A stretch of 32,000 bases of DNA from NCBI RefSeq assembly GCF_000446015.1, contig NC_022093.1, positions 450,001 through 482,000 of the forward strand, given 5' to 3'. Position 1 is the stretch's first letter; every line of letters starts with the position of its first letter. This DNA is from Thermofilum adornatum. Its GTDB lineage: Archaea > Thermoproteota > Thermoprotei > Thermofilales > Thermofilaceae. Shown in pieces: positions 8,433 to 16,844 of this stretch. The translations under genes were made by a program, and so were the position numbers. The notes under the pieces were generated by a model that ran no database searches, was not told where the DNA came from, and saw only the letters and a program-made list of their open reading frames with translations.

Positions 8433-9677
8433 ATGGAAAAATTCGACTATACATATGCATATAACATAGCGCTGGCCCTTTCTAGACAGCCCAGGTTTAC
8501 GGGTACAGAGGGCGAGAGGCAGGCTAGGGAGCTCATAGTGAGGGAACTGGAAAGCCTCGGCTATAACCCGTCCCTCGAGAAATTTTCTGTCAAGACATAC
8601 GACGTTGTAGAGTCGGAGCTAGAGATAGTCAAGCCCCATAACAAGAAGATAGAGTGCAGCGTGTTAGGCTTCAGCGGTGAAACGCCCATAGAGGGAGTAG
8701 AGGGAGACATATTATACATCGAGAACGCGGACAACATTCTTCTCCCAGAAGCTACAGGCTGGATTGGCCTCGCGTCGCAGAGGCCCTCCAGGGAGTACTG
8801 GAAAAAGCTAATAGGAAAAGCAAGTGGGCTGGTCATCGTTGAGGGTTCTCCCTACAGGGAGCTCAGCCGGGTAGCGATACCATACGAGTGGAGGGAAAAA
8901 ATGGGCTCTCTCCCCAGCGTCTATGTCAGGTATAGAGACGCATATGAACTGCTCTCGGCCGAGAGGGCAAGACTAAAAGTTGTACAGACCTATAGGGACA
9001 CTGAGACATACAATATTTTTGCCACAATAGAGGGATCCAAGTACCCAGACGAGGTCATATATGTTACGGCCCACTACGACAGTGTACAGGGGGTCCCCGG
9101 CGCCACCGACAACGCTGGCGGAACCGCCATGGTCTTGGCCCTTGCAAAGGCTCTCTCTGCCTCCAGGCCCAAGAGAACCGTCCGGTTTGCACTCTTCGGC
9201 GCAGAAGAGCTTGGACTACGCGGCTCACTCTTCCACGTAAACTCGCTTAGCGACGACGAGAAGAAAAAGATAAAGACAGTAGTCAACCTCGACGTGCACG
9301 GAGGAATCTTTGGCTCGTCAGCCGCAATCATAAGTGGCGCAAAGAGCCTCAGGTACTTTGTAGAGGCGCTGGCCAAACGTGTAGGCGTGAATCTGAGCAT
9401 ATCGGAAGACGTGATGAGTAGCGACGGTTCGTCCTTCGTTAAACACGGTATACCAGCTGTAAACCTCTATAGGGCTAGTGGTTCGGGCGCGGACATACAC
9501 ACGGTGAAAGACAGCTCGGAGCACCTACACCCAATCGCCTTTAAGACGATCGGGTACTTTACGTTGCTCCTCCTCGAGGAAATCCTCAACGCCGAGGAGA
9601 TACCCTTCGAAAGAGAGATCCCAGAAGACATAAAGAAGAAAGTAGAGGAGTACTTTTCAAGAAGACAGCCCATCTAG
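8433..9677 (+). CDS. M28 family aminopeptidase (with inserted PA-like domain)
   Basis: The zinc-ligand motifs TAHYDSVQGVPGATDNAGG and FGAEELGLRGS are present. Confidence 0.8.
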   Translation: MEKFDYTYAYNIALALSRQPRFTGTEGERQARELIVRELESLGYNPSLEKFSVKTYDVVESELEIVKPHNKKIECSVLGFSGETPIEGVEGDILYIENADNILLPEATGWIGLASQRPSREYWKKLIGKASGLVIVEGSPYRELSRVAIPYEWREKMGSLPSVYVRYRDAYELLSAERARLKVVQTYRDTETYNIFATIEGSKYPDEVIYVTAHYDSVQGVPGATDNAGGTAMVLALAKALSASRPKRTVRFALFGAEELGLRGSLFHVNSLSDDEKKKIKTVVNLDVHGGIFGSSAAIISGAKSLRYFVEALAKRVGVNLSISEDVMSSDGSSFVKHGIPAVNLYRASGSGADIHTVKDSSEHLHPIAFKTIGYFTLLLLEEILNAEEIPFEREIPEDIKKKVEEYFSRRQPI

Positions 9678-11120
9678 CTTCCTGGAGAGCGCCCTGTAGC
9701 CCCCTTTAAAGCTCCAGGCTTTGTAGCCGAGCTTCCTCAACGTGTAGGCCGCTTCACGGCTGAGCCCGCCCTCGTCGCATATAAAGATGTATTTCTTGTT
9801 TGGATCCAGCTTATCCAAGGCTACTGGGAGCTCTGCGAAGTCAATGTTTATGCTTCCGGGCACGTGGCTTTCTCGGTACTTCTCTGGGGGACGCAGATCA
9901 ATAACTATGCTGTCTGGGTCGATGGTGCTTATCTCCACCTCATCCAGTGACTCCGCCTGGATTCCCAGGGTTCTGAGTTCTATCTCCCTTAGACTCGAAA
10001 CAACACCCTCGAAAACTGTCTTATCGATTTTATCTTCTTCTCTTAGAACCTCCTCAAGCCTGCTTCTCGTGCGCGGATGCACCGAATATACTCCGCAAAC
10101 CTCTTTGACGCGTGCGCTGGCCTCGTATGTGCCTATTTCTCTCGCCCTAGCGATTATTTCCTCCTTGTCCATCCCTATGAGCGGTCTATACACTGGCAAC
10201 GATACGGCCGTCGAGGACGAGTAGAGGTTTTCCAGGGTTTGGGACGAGACTTGCCCAAGGCTCTCGCCGGTGACTATGCCCAGGGCGTTTATCTTCCGGG
10301 CTACGTGCTCAGCCGTCCTATACATGTACCTTTTCAGGACGACGCCCAAGAGGCCTGGATCCACTTTTTTCCTAAGTTCCTTTACCAGTGGCCTAAAGTC
10401 CGCGACATACAGCTTGGGAGAGTAGCCGTAGCCCCAGTTATCTACAAGCATTTTTACAACCGATGCTACTAGTCTCTCTGTTAGCTCGCCAGCCATGTTA
10501 CAGAATACAAAGTGGACCTCGGCCCCCCTTTTAAGCATGTACCATGCCGCGACTATGGAGTCGAAGCCCCCCGAGACTAGGGCAACAACTCTCCCCTCCA
10601 CGCCCACTGGGAGCCCTCCGTAAGCCTTCACCACGTCTTGGAAGAGATAAGCCTTGTTCCCCCTGACCTCGATATACACGGTGAACTCTGGATTCTCTAG
10701 GTCTACGCCCCTCGAGCATGGGTAGAGCCGTCCACCAACCTCCCTGGCTATGTCCATAGAGGTAAAGCTATGCGTCCCCGTTCTCCTCGCCTTAACAGCA
10801 AAAGTCTTTCCCTTCACCTTGTCACAGAACAGTTGATAAGCTACTTCAACTATTTCTCCTAGGGTTTCGAACTCGAACTCCACGGCGCTTGAAATAGACG
10901 TGATCCCGAAGACCCTGCGTAGCACCTTTATCGCCTCCTGGGTAGAATATACGTATATTCGTCCATACTCTCTCTTGACCTCGCCCTGCAGGCCGCTAAG
11001 CCTCAAGGCCTCCTTGATGTTTTCGATAAGCTTCTTCTCGAACCTGTCCCTAGACTTTTTCCCCTTTATAGTTACCTCTCCAAGCCTGACTATCAGCACG
11101 TCGCGCAGTTTGTTCTCCAT
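9657..11120 (-). CDS. thiI: tRNA 4-thiouridine synthase / sulfurtransferase ThiI with C-terminal rhodanese domain
   Basis: The N-terminus is THUMP-type, the PP-loop SGGFDS is present, and a C-terminal rhodanese has its active Cys in FICDEGGLS. The track start at 11126 is GTG, and an ATG at 11120 gives MENKL. Confidence 0.85.
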   Translation of the reverse strand: MENKLRDVLIVRLGEVTIKGKKSRDRFEKKLIENIKEALRLSGLQGEVKREYGRIYVYSTQEAIKVLRRVFGITSISSAVEFEFETLGEIVEVAYQLFCDKVKGKTFAVKARRTGTHSFTSMDIAREVGGRLYPCSRGVDLENPEFTVYIEVRGNKAYLFQDVVKAYGGLPVGVEGRVVALVSGGFDSIVAAWYMLKRGAEVHFVFCNMAGELTERLVASVVKMLVDNWGYGYSPKLYVADFRPLVKELRKKVDPGLLGVVLKRYMYRTAEHVARKINALGIVTGESLGQVSSQTLENLYSSSTAVSLPVYRPLIGMDKEEIIARAREIGTYEASARVKEVCGVYSVHPRTRSRLEEVLREEDKIDKTVFEGVVSSLREIELRTLGIQAESLDEVEISTIDPDSIVIDLRPPEKYRESHVPGSINIDFAELPVALDKLDPNKKYIFICDEGGLSREAAYTLRKLGYKAWSFKGGYRALSRKLDGLSS

Positions 11121-11149
11121 AAGCACTCATCTTAAAATAAACACTTGGC

Positions 11150-11157
11150 TTATATTA
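11150..11157. promoter_or_regulatory. near-palindromic TATA element (TTATATTA) between divergent thiI and a small ORF
   Basis: It lies about 20 nt from ATG 11173 and about 30 nt from the thiI start, in a 52-bp divergent gap. Confidence 0.3.
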
Positions 11158-11172
11158 CAGTTTTTAGACTAG

Positions 11173-11328
11173 ATGATTATGAGTGAAATTGTCCTCGGGA
11201 CGATGGACTTTATTCTCCTAGTGATAGGAACCGTCGCATTCATAGCGCTTCTCATTGTCTTCGCCATAGAGTATCACTACTGGAGACTGAGGAGACAAAT
11301 GAAGAAAATCATAGTGAAGGCCGGGTAG
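11173..11328 (+). CDS. small (51 aa) single-pass membrane protein, hypothetical
   Basis: This ORF is below the track size cutoff and runs from ATG to TAG. It encodes MIMSEIVLGTMDFILLVIGTVAFIALLIVFAIEYHYWRLRRQMKKIIVKAG. One hydrophobic helix is followed by a basic tail, and a TATA-like element lies upstream. Confidence 0.4.
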   Translation: MIMSEIVLGTMDFILLVIGTVAFIALLIVFAIEYHYWRLRRQMKKIIVKAG

Positions 11329-11367
11329 ACCCGATAAGCTTAAAGCCACAATGAAAAATAATTACTT

Positions 11368-11423
11368 GCAATGACGAGATGAACCCGAACGCGACCAAGT
11401 GACGATGGCCGTCGCTACTGAGT
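11368..11423 (+). ncRNA. candidate C/D box sRNA with variant boxes
   Basis: C is AUGACGA (11371-11377), followed by a 13-nt guide. D' is GCGA (11391-11394), followed by 4 nt. C' is GUGACGA (11399-11405), followed by a 12-nt guide. D is CUGA (11418-11421). The candidate is intergenic, between the small ORF and the rpl35ae 3' end. Both C boxes carry U5 to C, and no clear terminal stem is present. Confidence 0.35.
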
Positions 11424-11437
11424 ACTCTGATTCTTTT

Positions 11438-11701
11438 CTAGGAAACAAGAACTTTTCCTCCTACAGCTTGCCCAGGCAGATGACGCTCAAAATAGGCTAT
11501 GGCCCTGCCCTTCCTCCCGTGCATCTTCACAATCCTGCCGACAAACTTCTCGCCAGTGACAGGATGTATCCAGACAACCTTCCTCCCTATAACTTTGTGG
11601 GCGTCCTTATATGTTACACCCTTCAGCTCGACTAATACCTGCCTAGGATAGTACCTTTTCTGTCCGCGCCTGAAAGAGACAATGTACCCTTCCAAGCGCA
11701 T
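11438..11701 (-). CDS. rpl35ae: 50S ribosomal protein L35Ae (eL33)
   Basis: The protein is 87-88 aa. GRKVVWIHPVTGEKFVGRIVKMHGRKGRAIAYFERHLPGQAVGGKV fits the L35Ae pattern. The track start at 11704 is GTG, and the next codon (11701) is ATG. Confidence 0.9.
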   Translation of the reverse strand: MRLEGYIVSFRRGQKRYYPRQVLVELKGVTYKDAHKVIGRKVVWIHPVTGEKFVGRIVKMHGRKGRAIAYFERHLPGQAVGGKVLVS

Positions 11702-11757
11702 CACCCAGCAAATTATAAAGATAAAGCGTTTTTAACTTTTTCCCCAAAACGGGGAGA

Positions 11758-12003
11758 CTAGTGTGTCTTCGAGCAGATATCTGTACACTTGTCTGCAAAC
11801 TCGTCACATATATGGTCGCAGGCGTTCTTGTTGTCGTTACATATCTCTTCGCACTGGTCGCTGTATGCCCCTGGAAACTCGGAGCACTCCTCCATGCACT
11901 CCGACGCGTTCTCAGAACACTTTGCATGGCAATCGTCTACAAAGTCCATGCACTGTGAGATGCATTCATCCATGATTTTCTTCGCGTCTCGCCTGTCTGA
12001 CAT
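11758..12003 (-). CDS. acidic cysteine-rich small protein (81 aa, 12 Cys as six Cx3C motifs), function unknown
   Basis: The ORF has an ATG start. The strict periodic Cys pattern (see finding) argues for real coding. It is co-directional with valS, the ASCH gene and rpl35ae. Confidence 0.6.
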   Translation of the reverse strand: MSDRRDAKKIMDECISQCMDFVDDCHAKCSENASECMEECSEFPGAYSDQCEEICNDNKNACDHICDEFADKCTDICSKTH

Positions 12004-12031
12004 GTATATACCACGTTGCTGAATTATTATT

Positions 12032-12628
12032 TTAACTTTTGCCCTCGTTGTTAGCGTTAATCTTCTGGAGCAACCCCTTCTCCTCTAGCAAGCGCGCGGC
12101 CCGCCTCAACACGTCCCTGACTATGAAGCGCTGGTCAAGCCCTCCCAGAGCATACGCGGCCCGACGTATAGAGCCCGTCTTCGCGACGAGTTCTAGGACG
12201 TTTTTCTCGTAGTCGTCGAGCTCCAGGGACTGCAGGGCCTTTACTGCAACTTCTTGGAAAGACACGCCGTACGGCCAAGAAATGTCCGCGTCTCGGACTG
12301 CGTCCTTGTAGACATGGATCCATTTAAAAACGATGATGCATAGGCGCGTGTCCTCGTTTACCCTTGGATAATGCTTCTTGAGCTGTATGCGTAGCTCCTG
12401 CAGACTCGTGAAGCCGTCAAGCAACGCCTCGTCGACAGTGATGTCGCGCAACTTTTTCTTGTAGACGGCCACTATCTCGACTTCCCCTATAACCCTCCCG
12501 CCGCAGTGCACAAGTGCCTTGTCGCCTGGCTTCAGGTTGGGACAGCGTACACGTATAGTTGCCCGCTTCTCGCCTGAAACAAGCTTGTCTAGGTAGTTCC
12601 TGGAAAAGAGGAGATGTTTTTCACGCAT
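12032..12628 (-). CDS. ASCH (PUA-like) domain protein with a C-terminal helical, possibly wHTH, domain
   Basis: The N-terminus LDKLVSGEKRATIRVRCPNLKPGDKALV...ITVDEALLDGFTSLQEL matches the ASCH pattern. The gene lies 2 nt downstream of valS. Confidence 0.6.
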   Translation of the reverse strand: MREKHLLFSRNYLDKLVSGEKRATIRVRCPNLKPGDKALVHCGGRVIGEVEIVAVYKKKLRDITVDEALLDGFTSLQELRIQLKKHYPRVNEDTRLCIIVFKWIHVYKDAVRDADISWPYGVSFQEVAVKALQSLELDDYEKNVLELVAKTGSIRRAAYALGGLDQRFIVRDVLRRAARLLEEKGLLQKINANNEGKS

Positions 12629-12630
12629 GT

Positions 12631-15057
12631 CTACGGCTGTAGGGAGATAGTTATTTCTGGGTATTCTGGAACAGCCCTGTCTCCTCTACCACTGCTTGTC
12701 ACTTCTACTTTTTGTGCCCTGAGGGTACCCGCGATGTCCCCGGTAGCCTTCCTCAGCTCCTCGAGGTGCATAGTAGTATAGATGGTGAGCTTGGAGATTT
12801 CTTTGCTCAGCGGTATCTTTGCGTCGTGTTTTGCCCGTCTCCCCTCCGCAATTATGGCTACAACGATTTCTCCTGTCTTCGCCTTTTCCGCGTCGTATTC
12901 TACCTGCTCTGGCCAGGGCGAGGTAGTTATGCTTTCCCAGTTTTCGGAGCCCTTGAGAACTTCCTGGTAAATCTCCTCTGAGACATGTGGGGCAAAAACC
13001 GAGAGCATCTGTATAGTCCTCAGCAACACTAGCCTCAACACGTATTTTGCTACACGGTCGCCCTGAGACAGCCTATACTTTATGATCTCTAAGTAGTGGT
13101 CACAGAGCTTGTGCCAGGCAAAGTCTACCAGCCTCTGTGAAGCCTCCTGGAACTGGTAGTTCTCAAGCGAAGACGTGACCTGCCTTATAGTCTCGGACAG
13201 CTCTCGAAGTATCCAGTGGTCTACATGTGATAGCTCCTCCATGCTTGGCGGTGGAACCTCCTCTATAAATGAGCTCGCGAGCCGGGCAGCGTTCCATATC
13301 TTCACGAGGAACCTGTGCGCATAGTCTACGCCCTCCCACGAGAACCTCACGTCCTGTCCAGTGGAGGCCGCCATCGCGACCCAGAGCCTGAAACTGTCTG
13401 CGCCGTACTTTTCGAGGACCTCTGTGACAGCTACATAGTTTCCGTAGCTCTTGTGCATCATCCTGCCGTCTGTGCCGCGGACCATGCCGTTGATCAGTGC
13501 GGTCTTGAACTGGGGCTTGCCGAAGAGGGCTATACCCCTGAGCAGTAAATAGTAGTCCCAGGTTCTAATTATGTCGTAGCCGTTTGGCTGGAGGTCTGCG
13601 GGGAAAAGCCTCTCGTCAAAGTTGTCTGGCCAGCCAGCGTGGACGGCGGCAGTTATGCTTGAGTCCATCCAGGTATCCATGACGTCTCTTTCTGGGACAA
13701 TGTTTTTAGACCCACACTTTGGACACTTCTCGAAGGGTGGACTGTCGAAGCGTGGGTCGTGTGGGAGCTTCTCTGGTGGCACGACGAGCTCTGCTCCGCA
13801 GTCCTTGCAGTAGTAGACGGGTATTGGCGTAGCGAACAGCCTCTGCCTGGAGATTACCCAGTCCCAGTCTAGGTTGAGAACCCAGTTCTCGAGCCTCTTG
13901 TACATGTAGGGTGGAACCCAGTTTATCCTCTTTGCTTCTTCGAGAACCTTCTCGTTAAGAGCCGTAGACTTCACGAACCACTGTTTCTTTGGAAGTATCT
14001 CGACGGGCGTATGGCAACGCCAACAAGTGCCAACAGTGGACTGTATGTTTTCAGTTTTGACAAGTAAACCCTTTTCTCTTAGTATCTCTGCTATTTTTTT
14101 CCTCGCTTCCTCAATTGGCAGTCCCTGCAGGGGGCCAGTGTTCCCGTTCATTCTGCCGTTGTCAGTGATAGAGATTATCAAGGGCAGGTTGTGTTTCTTC
14201 TGCCATTTTACGTCTGTCTTGTCGCCGTAGGTACAGATCATCACGGCGCCTGTACCGAATGTCTTGTCTACGTCTTCGTCGAAGATTATGGGAACCTTAC
14301 GTTCATAGATGGGGACGACTGCATGTTTGCCTTGGAGGCTCCTATACCTCTCGTCAGTCGGGTTTACTGCTACAGCTACACAGGAAGCTAGAAGCTCGGG
14401 CCTAGTCGTGGCTATTACGACGTCCTCGCCCGTCTCGGCGACCTTGAACTTTATGTAGTATAGGGGACGAGATTTCTCCACGTATTCTACTTCTGCCTCG
14501 GCGATGGCCGTTTCGCATCTTGGGCACCAGATGACAGGGTGCTCCCCGCGGTAAATCAGCCCCTTCTTGTACATCTCTACGAAGCTTAGCTGTGTCCTAC
14601 GCCAGTAGTCAGGATTCATCGTCATGTACTCGGTTGTCCAGTCTATGCTCAGCCCAAGCCTTTTAAGGGCGGCACGCATGTCGCCTATCCACTTGAGCGT
14701 GTATTCCTTGCACAGCCTGAGAAACTCCAGGGGGTCTACCTCGCTACGCCTCTTGCCGATTGCACGTTCAACCCTGACCTCTGTGGGAAGCCCGTGGCAG
14801 TCCCACCCCTGCGGGAAGAAGACATTGTAGTCCCTCATCCTCTTGTATCTAGCAACGAAGTCGATGTATGAAAAGTTGAGGGCATTGCCCACGTGGAGGT
14901 CTCCGCTTGGATAGGGTGGCGGCGTGTCAATCGAGAATGTTGGCCTAGTCCTGTCTTCGCGTCTGAACCGGTATAGGCCTTTTTCTTCCCATGTTTTCTG
15001 CCATTTTTCTTCGACAAGTTTGAAGTCGTATACCTTTGGTAGCTTGAATTCAGCCAT
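12631..15057 (-). CDS. valS: valine--tRNA ligase
   Basis: Class I signatures are present: PPPYPSGDLHVGNA (HIGH-like), WDCHGLPTE and MHKS (KMSKS-like). The 808-aa length fits archaeal ValRS rather than LeuRS or IleRS. Confidence 0.8.
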   Translation of the reverse strand: MAEFKLPKVYDFKLVEEKWQKTWEEKGLYRFRREDRTRPTFSIDTPPPYPSGDLHVGNALNFSYIDFVARYKRMRDYNVFFPQGWDCHGLPTEVRVERAIGKRRSEVDPLEFLRLCKEYTLKWIGDMRAALKRLGLSIDWTTEYMTMNPDYWRRTQLSFVEMYKKGLIYRGEHPVIWCPRCETAIAEAEVEYVEKSRPLYYIKFKVAETGEDVVIATTRPELLASCVAVAVNPTDERYRSLQGKHAVVPIYERKVPIIFDEDVDKTFGTGAVMICTYGDKTDVKWQKKHNLPLIISITDNGRMNGNTGPLQGLPIEEARKKIAEILREKGLLVKTENIQSTVGTCWRCHTPVEILPKKQWFVKSTALNEKVLEEAKRINWVPPYMYKRLENWVLNLDWDWVISRQRLFATPIPVYYCKDCGAELVVPPEKLPHDPRFDSPPFEKCPKCGSKNIVPERDVMDTWMDSSITAAVHAGWPDNFDERLFPADLQPNGYDIIRTWDYYLLLRGIALFGKPQFKTALINGMVRGTDGRMMHKSYGNYVAVTEVLEKYGADSFRLWVAMAASTGQDVRFSWEGVDYAHRFLVKIWNAARLASSFIEEVPPPSMEELSHVDHWILRELSETIRQVTSSLENYQFQEASQRLVDFAWHKLCDHYLEIIKYRLSQGDRVAKYVLRLVLLRTIQMLSVFAPHVSEEIYQEVLKGSENWESITTSPWPEQVEYDAEKAKTGEIVVAIIAEGRRAKHDAKIPLSKEISKLTIYTTMHLEELRKATGDIAGTLRAQKVEVTSSGRGDRAVPEYPEITISLQP

Positions 15058-15176
15058 GTGTATGCACCAAGGATGCTGAAAAAATAGGGACTTGCTGATA
15101 ATTTAAGCTTAGCGTGTGGTGATGCTCCCAATATAAATAGAAAAATTATATGAGAGGTAGATGTATGTCTACGGTT

Positions 15177-15956
15177 CTAATGGTGATGGTGGTGATGGTG
15201 ATGCTCGTGTACGTCTTCGACAGTTTCTTCTATTTCTTCTGAGCCTAGACCTGCCAGTTGCTCCTGTAGCTTTTGTGGAAGCTCGACACCATAGGCTTGG
15301 AGAATCTGTGCAACAAAGTAGGGGTCTGGAGCGGCGCCTTCAAATTCAAGCTTGTCTTCTCCATCTATTTGTATAACGTTTTTGGGCACCGCGTAGACCC
15401 CGTACTTGTCGGCTAGATCCGAGAACTCTAGGGCCTCTATCATGTCTCCATAGATATTTTTGTTCACCATTGCGAACCTGTGCGCCGCCCTGACGGCTAG
15501 TGGGCAGTATGGACACGTGGGCGTTACGAATATCATTATGCGTGTGGGCCTTGTGACGTATTTGAGCAACGCTTCCTTTATCTCTGGCGATACGTTGACT
15601 CGCCCAGTAGAGGCGTCTACAATGTCCTCTATGAATGCCCCGAACTCGTAGCCGGCGGGTATCCCAAAGTAGCGTATGTTCCACTCGTCGACGCCGTGGA
15701 TTAGAAGCGCTGGGAACATGTCGATGTTGTACTTCCTTGTTTCTGGGTCGGACTTTACATGCTTGATTACTGTCACCTTGTTGTTTGACGTCTGCTGAAC
15801 CAGGTCGAGGATCTGCTGTGTGTCTTCACAGTAGACGCATTCGGCATCTGGGTCTAGGAACCAGTGTATCTTTACGGGTGACTCTAGCCCTGCAAAAGTC
15901 TTCTTTAATTCTTCTACTAGTTCCTCATCATATTCTACTGGCATAGTGTAGCCCAC
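15177..15956 (-). CDS. protein disulfide oxidoreductase (two thioredoxin-fold units, CVYC and CPYC) with a C-terminal His-rich tail
   Basis: The architecture is PfPDO-like, with CxxC motifs in both halves. The protein ends ...EETVEDVHEHHHHHHHH. The track start is GTG, and an ATG four codons downstream (15944) is an alternative. Confidence 0.8.
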   Translation of the reverse strand: MGYTMPVEYDEELVEELKKTFAGLESPVKIHWFLDPDAECVYCEDTQQILDLVQQTSNNKVTVIKHVKSDPETRKYNIDMFPALLIHGVDEWNIRYFGIPAGYEFGAFIEDIVDASTGRVNVSPEIKEALLKYVTRPTRIMIFVTPTCPYCPLAVRAAHRFAMVNKNIYGDMIEALEFSDLADKYGVYAVPKNVIQIDGEDKLEFEGAAPDPYFVAQILQAYGVELPQKLQEQLAGLGSEEIEETVEDVHEHHHHHHHH

Positions 15957-16001
15957 GCTTCTTAGAATGGCCTATTTAAATTTTTTGTGTATACAGAGTG
16001 A

Positions 16002-16721
16002 CTATTCAATGACTGTATAGCTTTCGCCTTGTCCAACAAATATCTTTGAAGGCTTCTTGATGGCAAATATGCCTGTCTCTAGAACTCCCGGCAGGGACTT
16101 GAGTTTTTCCTCTAGTATCCTCATATCACCGCTCCACTTGAGTGTCGCGTCTAGCAGGAAACCGCCGTTATCAGTGATAGCGGGGCCAAGCTTTTTCTCC
16201 GAGAAAACTCGTAGCGAAGACTCGGCGTTAAAGGTTTCCCGGAGAGCCTTCACCACTTGGCTGTATGACATTGGGTGGACCTCTATTGGAACAGTTAGGG
16301 GCCCGTCAAGCTTTGCCCGTAGCTTTGTGTGGTCAACAATGATTACGTATTCCCGTGCATAGTAGTTGACAAGCTTTTCTCTTAGGAGGCACCCTCCCCC
16401 TCCCTTGATGAGGGACTTGTCTGGGAAAACAGTGTCTGCGCCGTCTATGCTTAGGTCCGGCGTAAAGCTGTTCAGTGAGACTTCTATTAGGCCCAGCGTG
16501 GCGGCTAGGATGCTTGTATCGTATGATGACGAGACAATGTAGACTTTGAGGCCTTCTCTTTTGACCTTCTCGGCGAGAAGCTTCATGAAGATTTTGACTG
16601 TTGACCCGCTGCCCAGCCCGAGAACCATTCCGTCTTTCACGAGTTGTAGGGCTGCGAGCGCGGCGGAGGTTTTTTCTTGTGTTAATTGGTCGTGTTGTTT
16701 CTTTTGCTCCATTTGAGGCAC
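16002..16721 (-). CDS. rpiA: ribose-5-phosphate isomerase A
   Basis: The motifs LGLGSGSTV, DGADTV and IKGGGGCLLREK are present. Confidence 0.9.
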   Translation of the reverse strand: MPQMEQKKQHDQLTQEKTSAALAALQLVKDGMVLGLGSGSTVKIFMKLLAEKVKREGLKVYIVSSSYDTSILAATLGLIEVSLNSFTPDLSIDGADTVFPDKSLIKGGGGCLLREKLVNYYAREYVIIVDHTKLRAKLDGPLTVPIEVHPMSYSQVVKALRETFNAESSLRVFSEKKLGPAITDNGGFLLDATLKWSGDMRILEEKLKSLPGVLETGIFAIKKPSKIFVGQGESYTVIE

Positions 16722-16844
16722 GGGGATAAATATGCGTGCATTATTATAGTTTTGGCCCCCGGGAAACTTTGAGTATTTATTTTGTTCACTTATTTTTGCT
16801 CTTTATCTTAAATGTTGGTCTTTTATGCGATGTAGGCGAAAAAA

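Noticed and set aside
11729-12040. TTTTAACTTTT occurs at both ends of the Cys-rich gene, exactly 300 bp apart, which could be a target-site duplication.
   Set aside because: It is an AT-rich 11-mer, and a few such pairs within 300 bp are expected by chance in 32 kb. The second copy contains the ASCH gene stop codon. There are no inverted terminal repeats or other signs of mobility.
15177-15206. The His8 tail could be an engineered affinity tag, meaning contamination from a cloning construct.
   Set aside because: There is no linker, protease site or vector sequence. The native acidic extension precedes the tail, and normal genomic context with a T-rich 3' flank follows it. I kept it as a finding, with this caveat stated as a refutation test.
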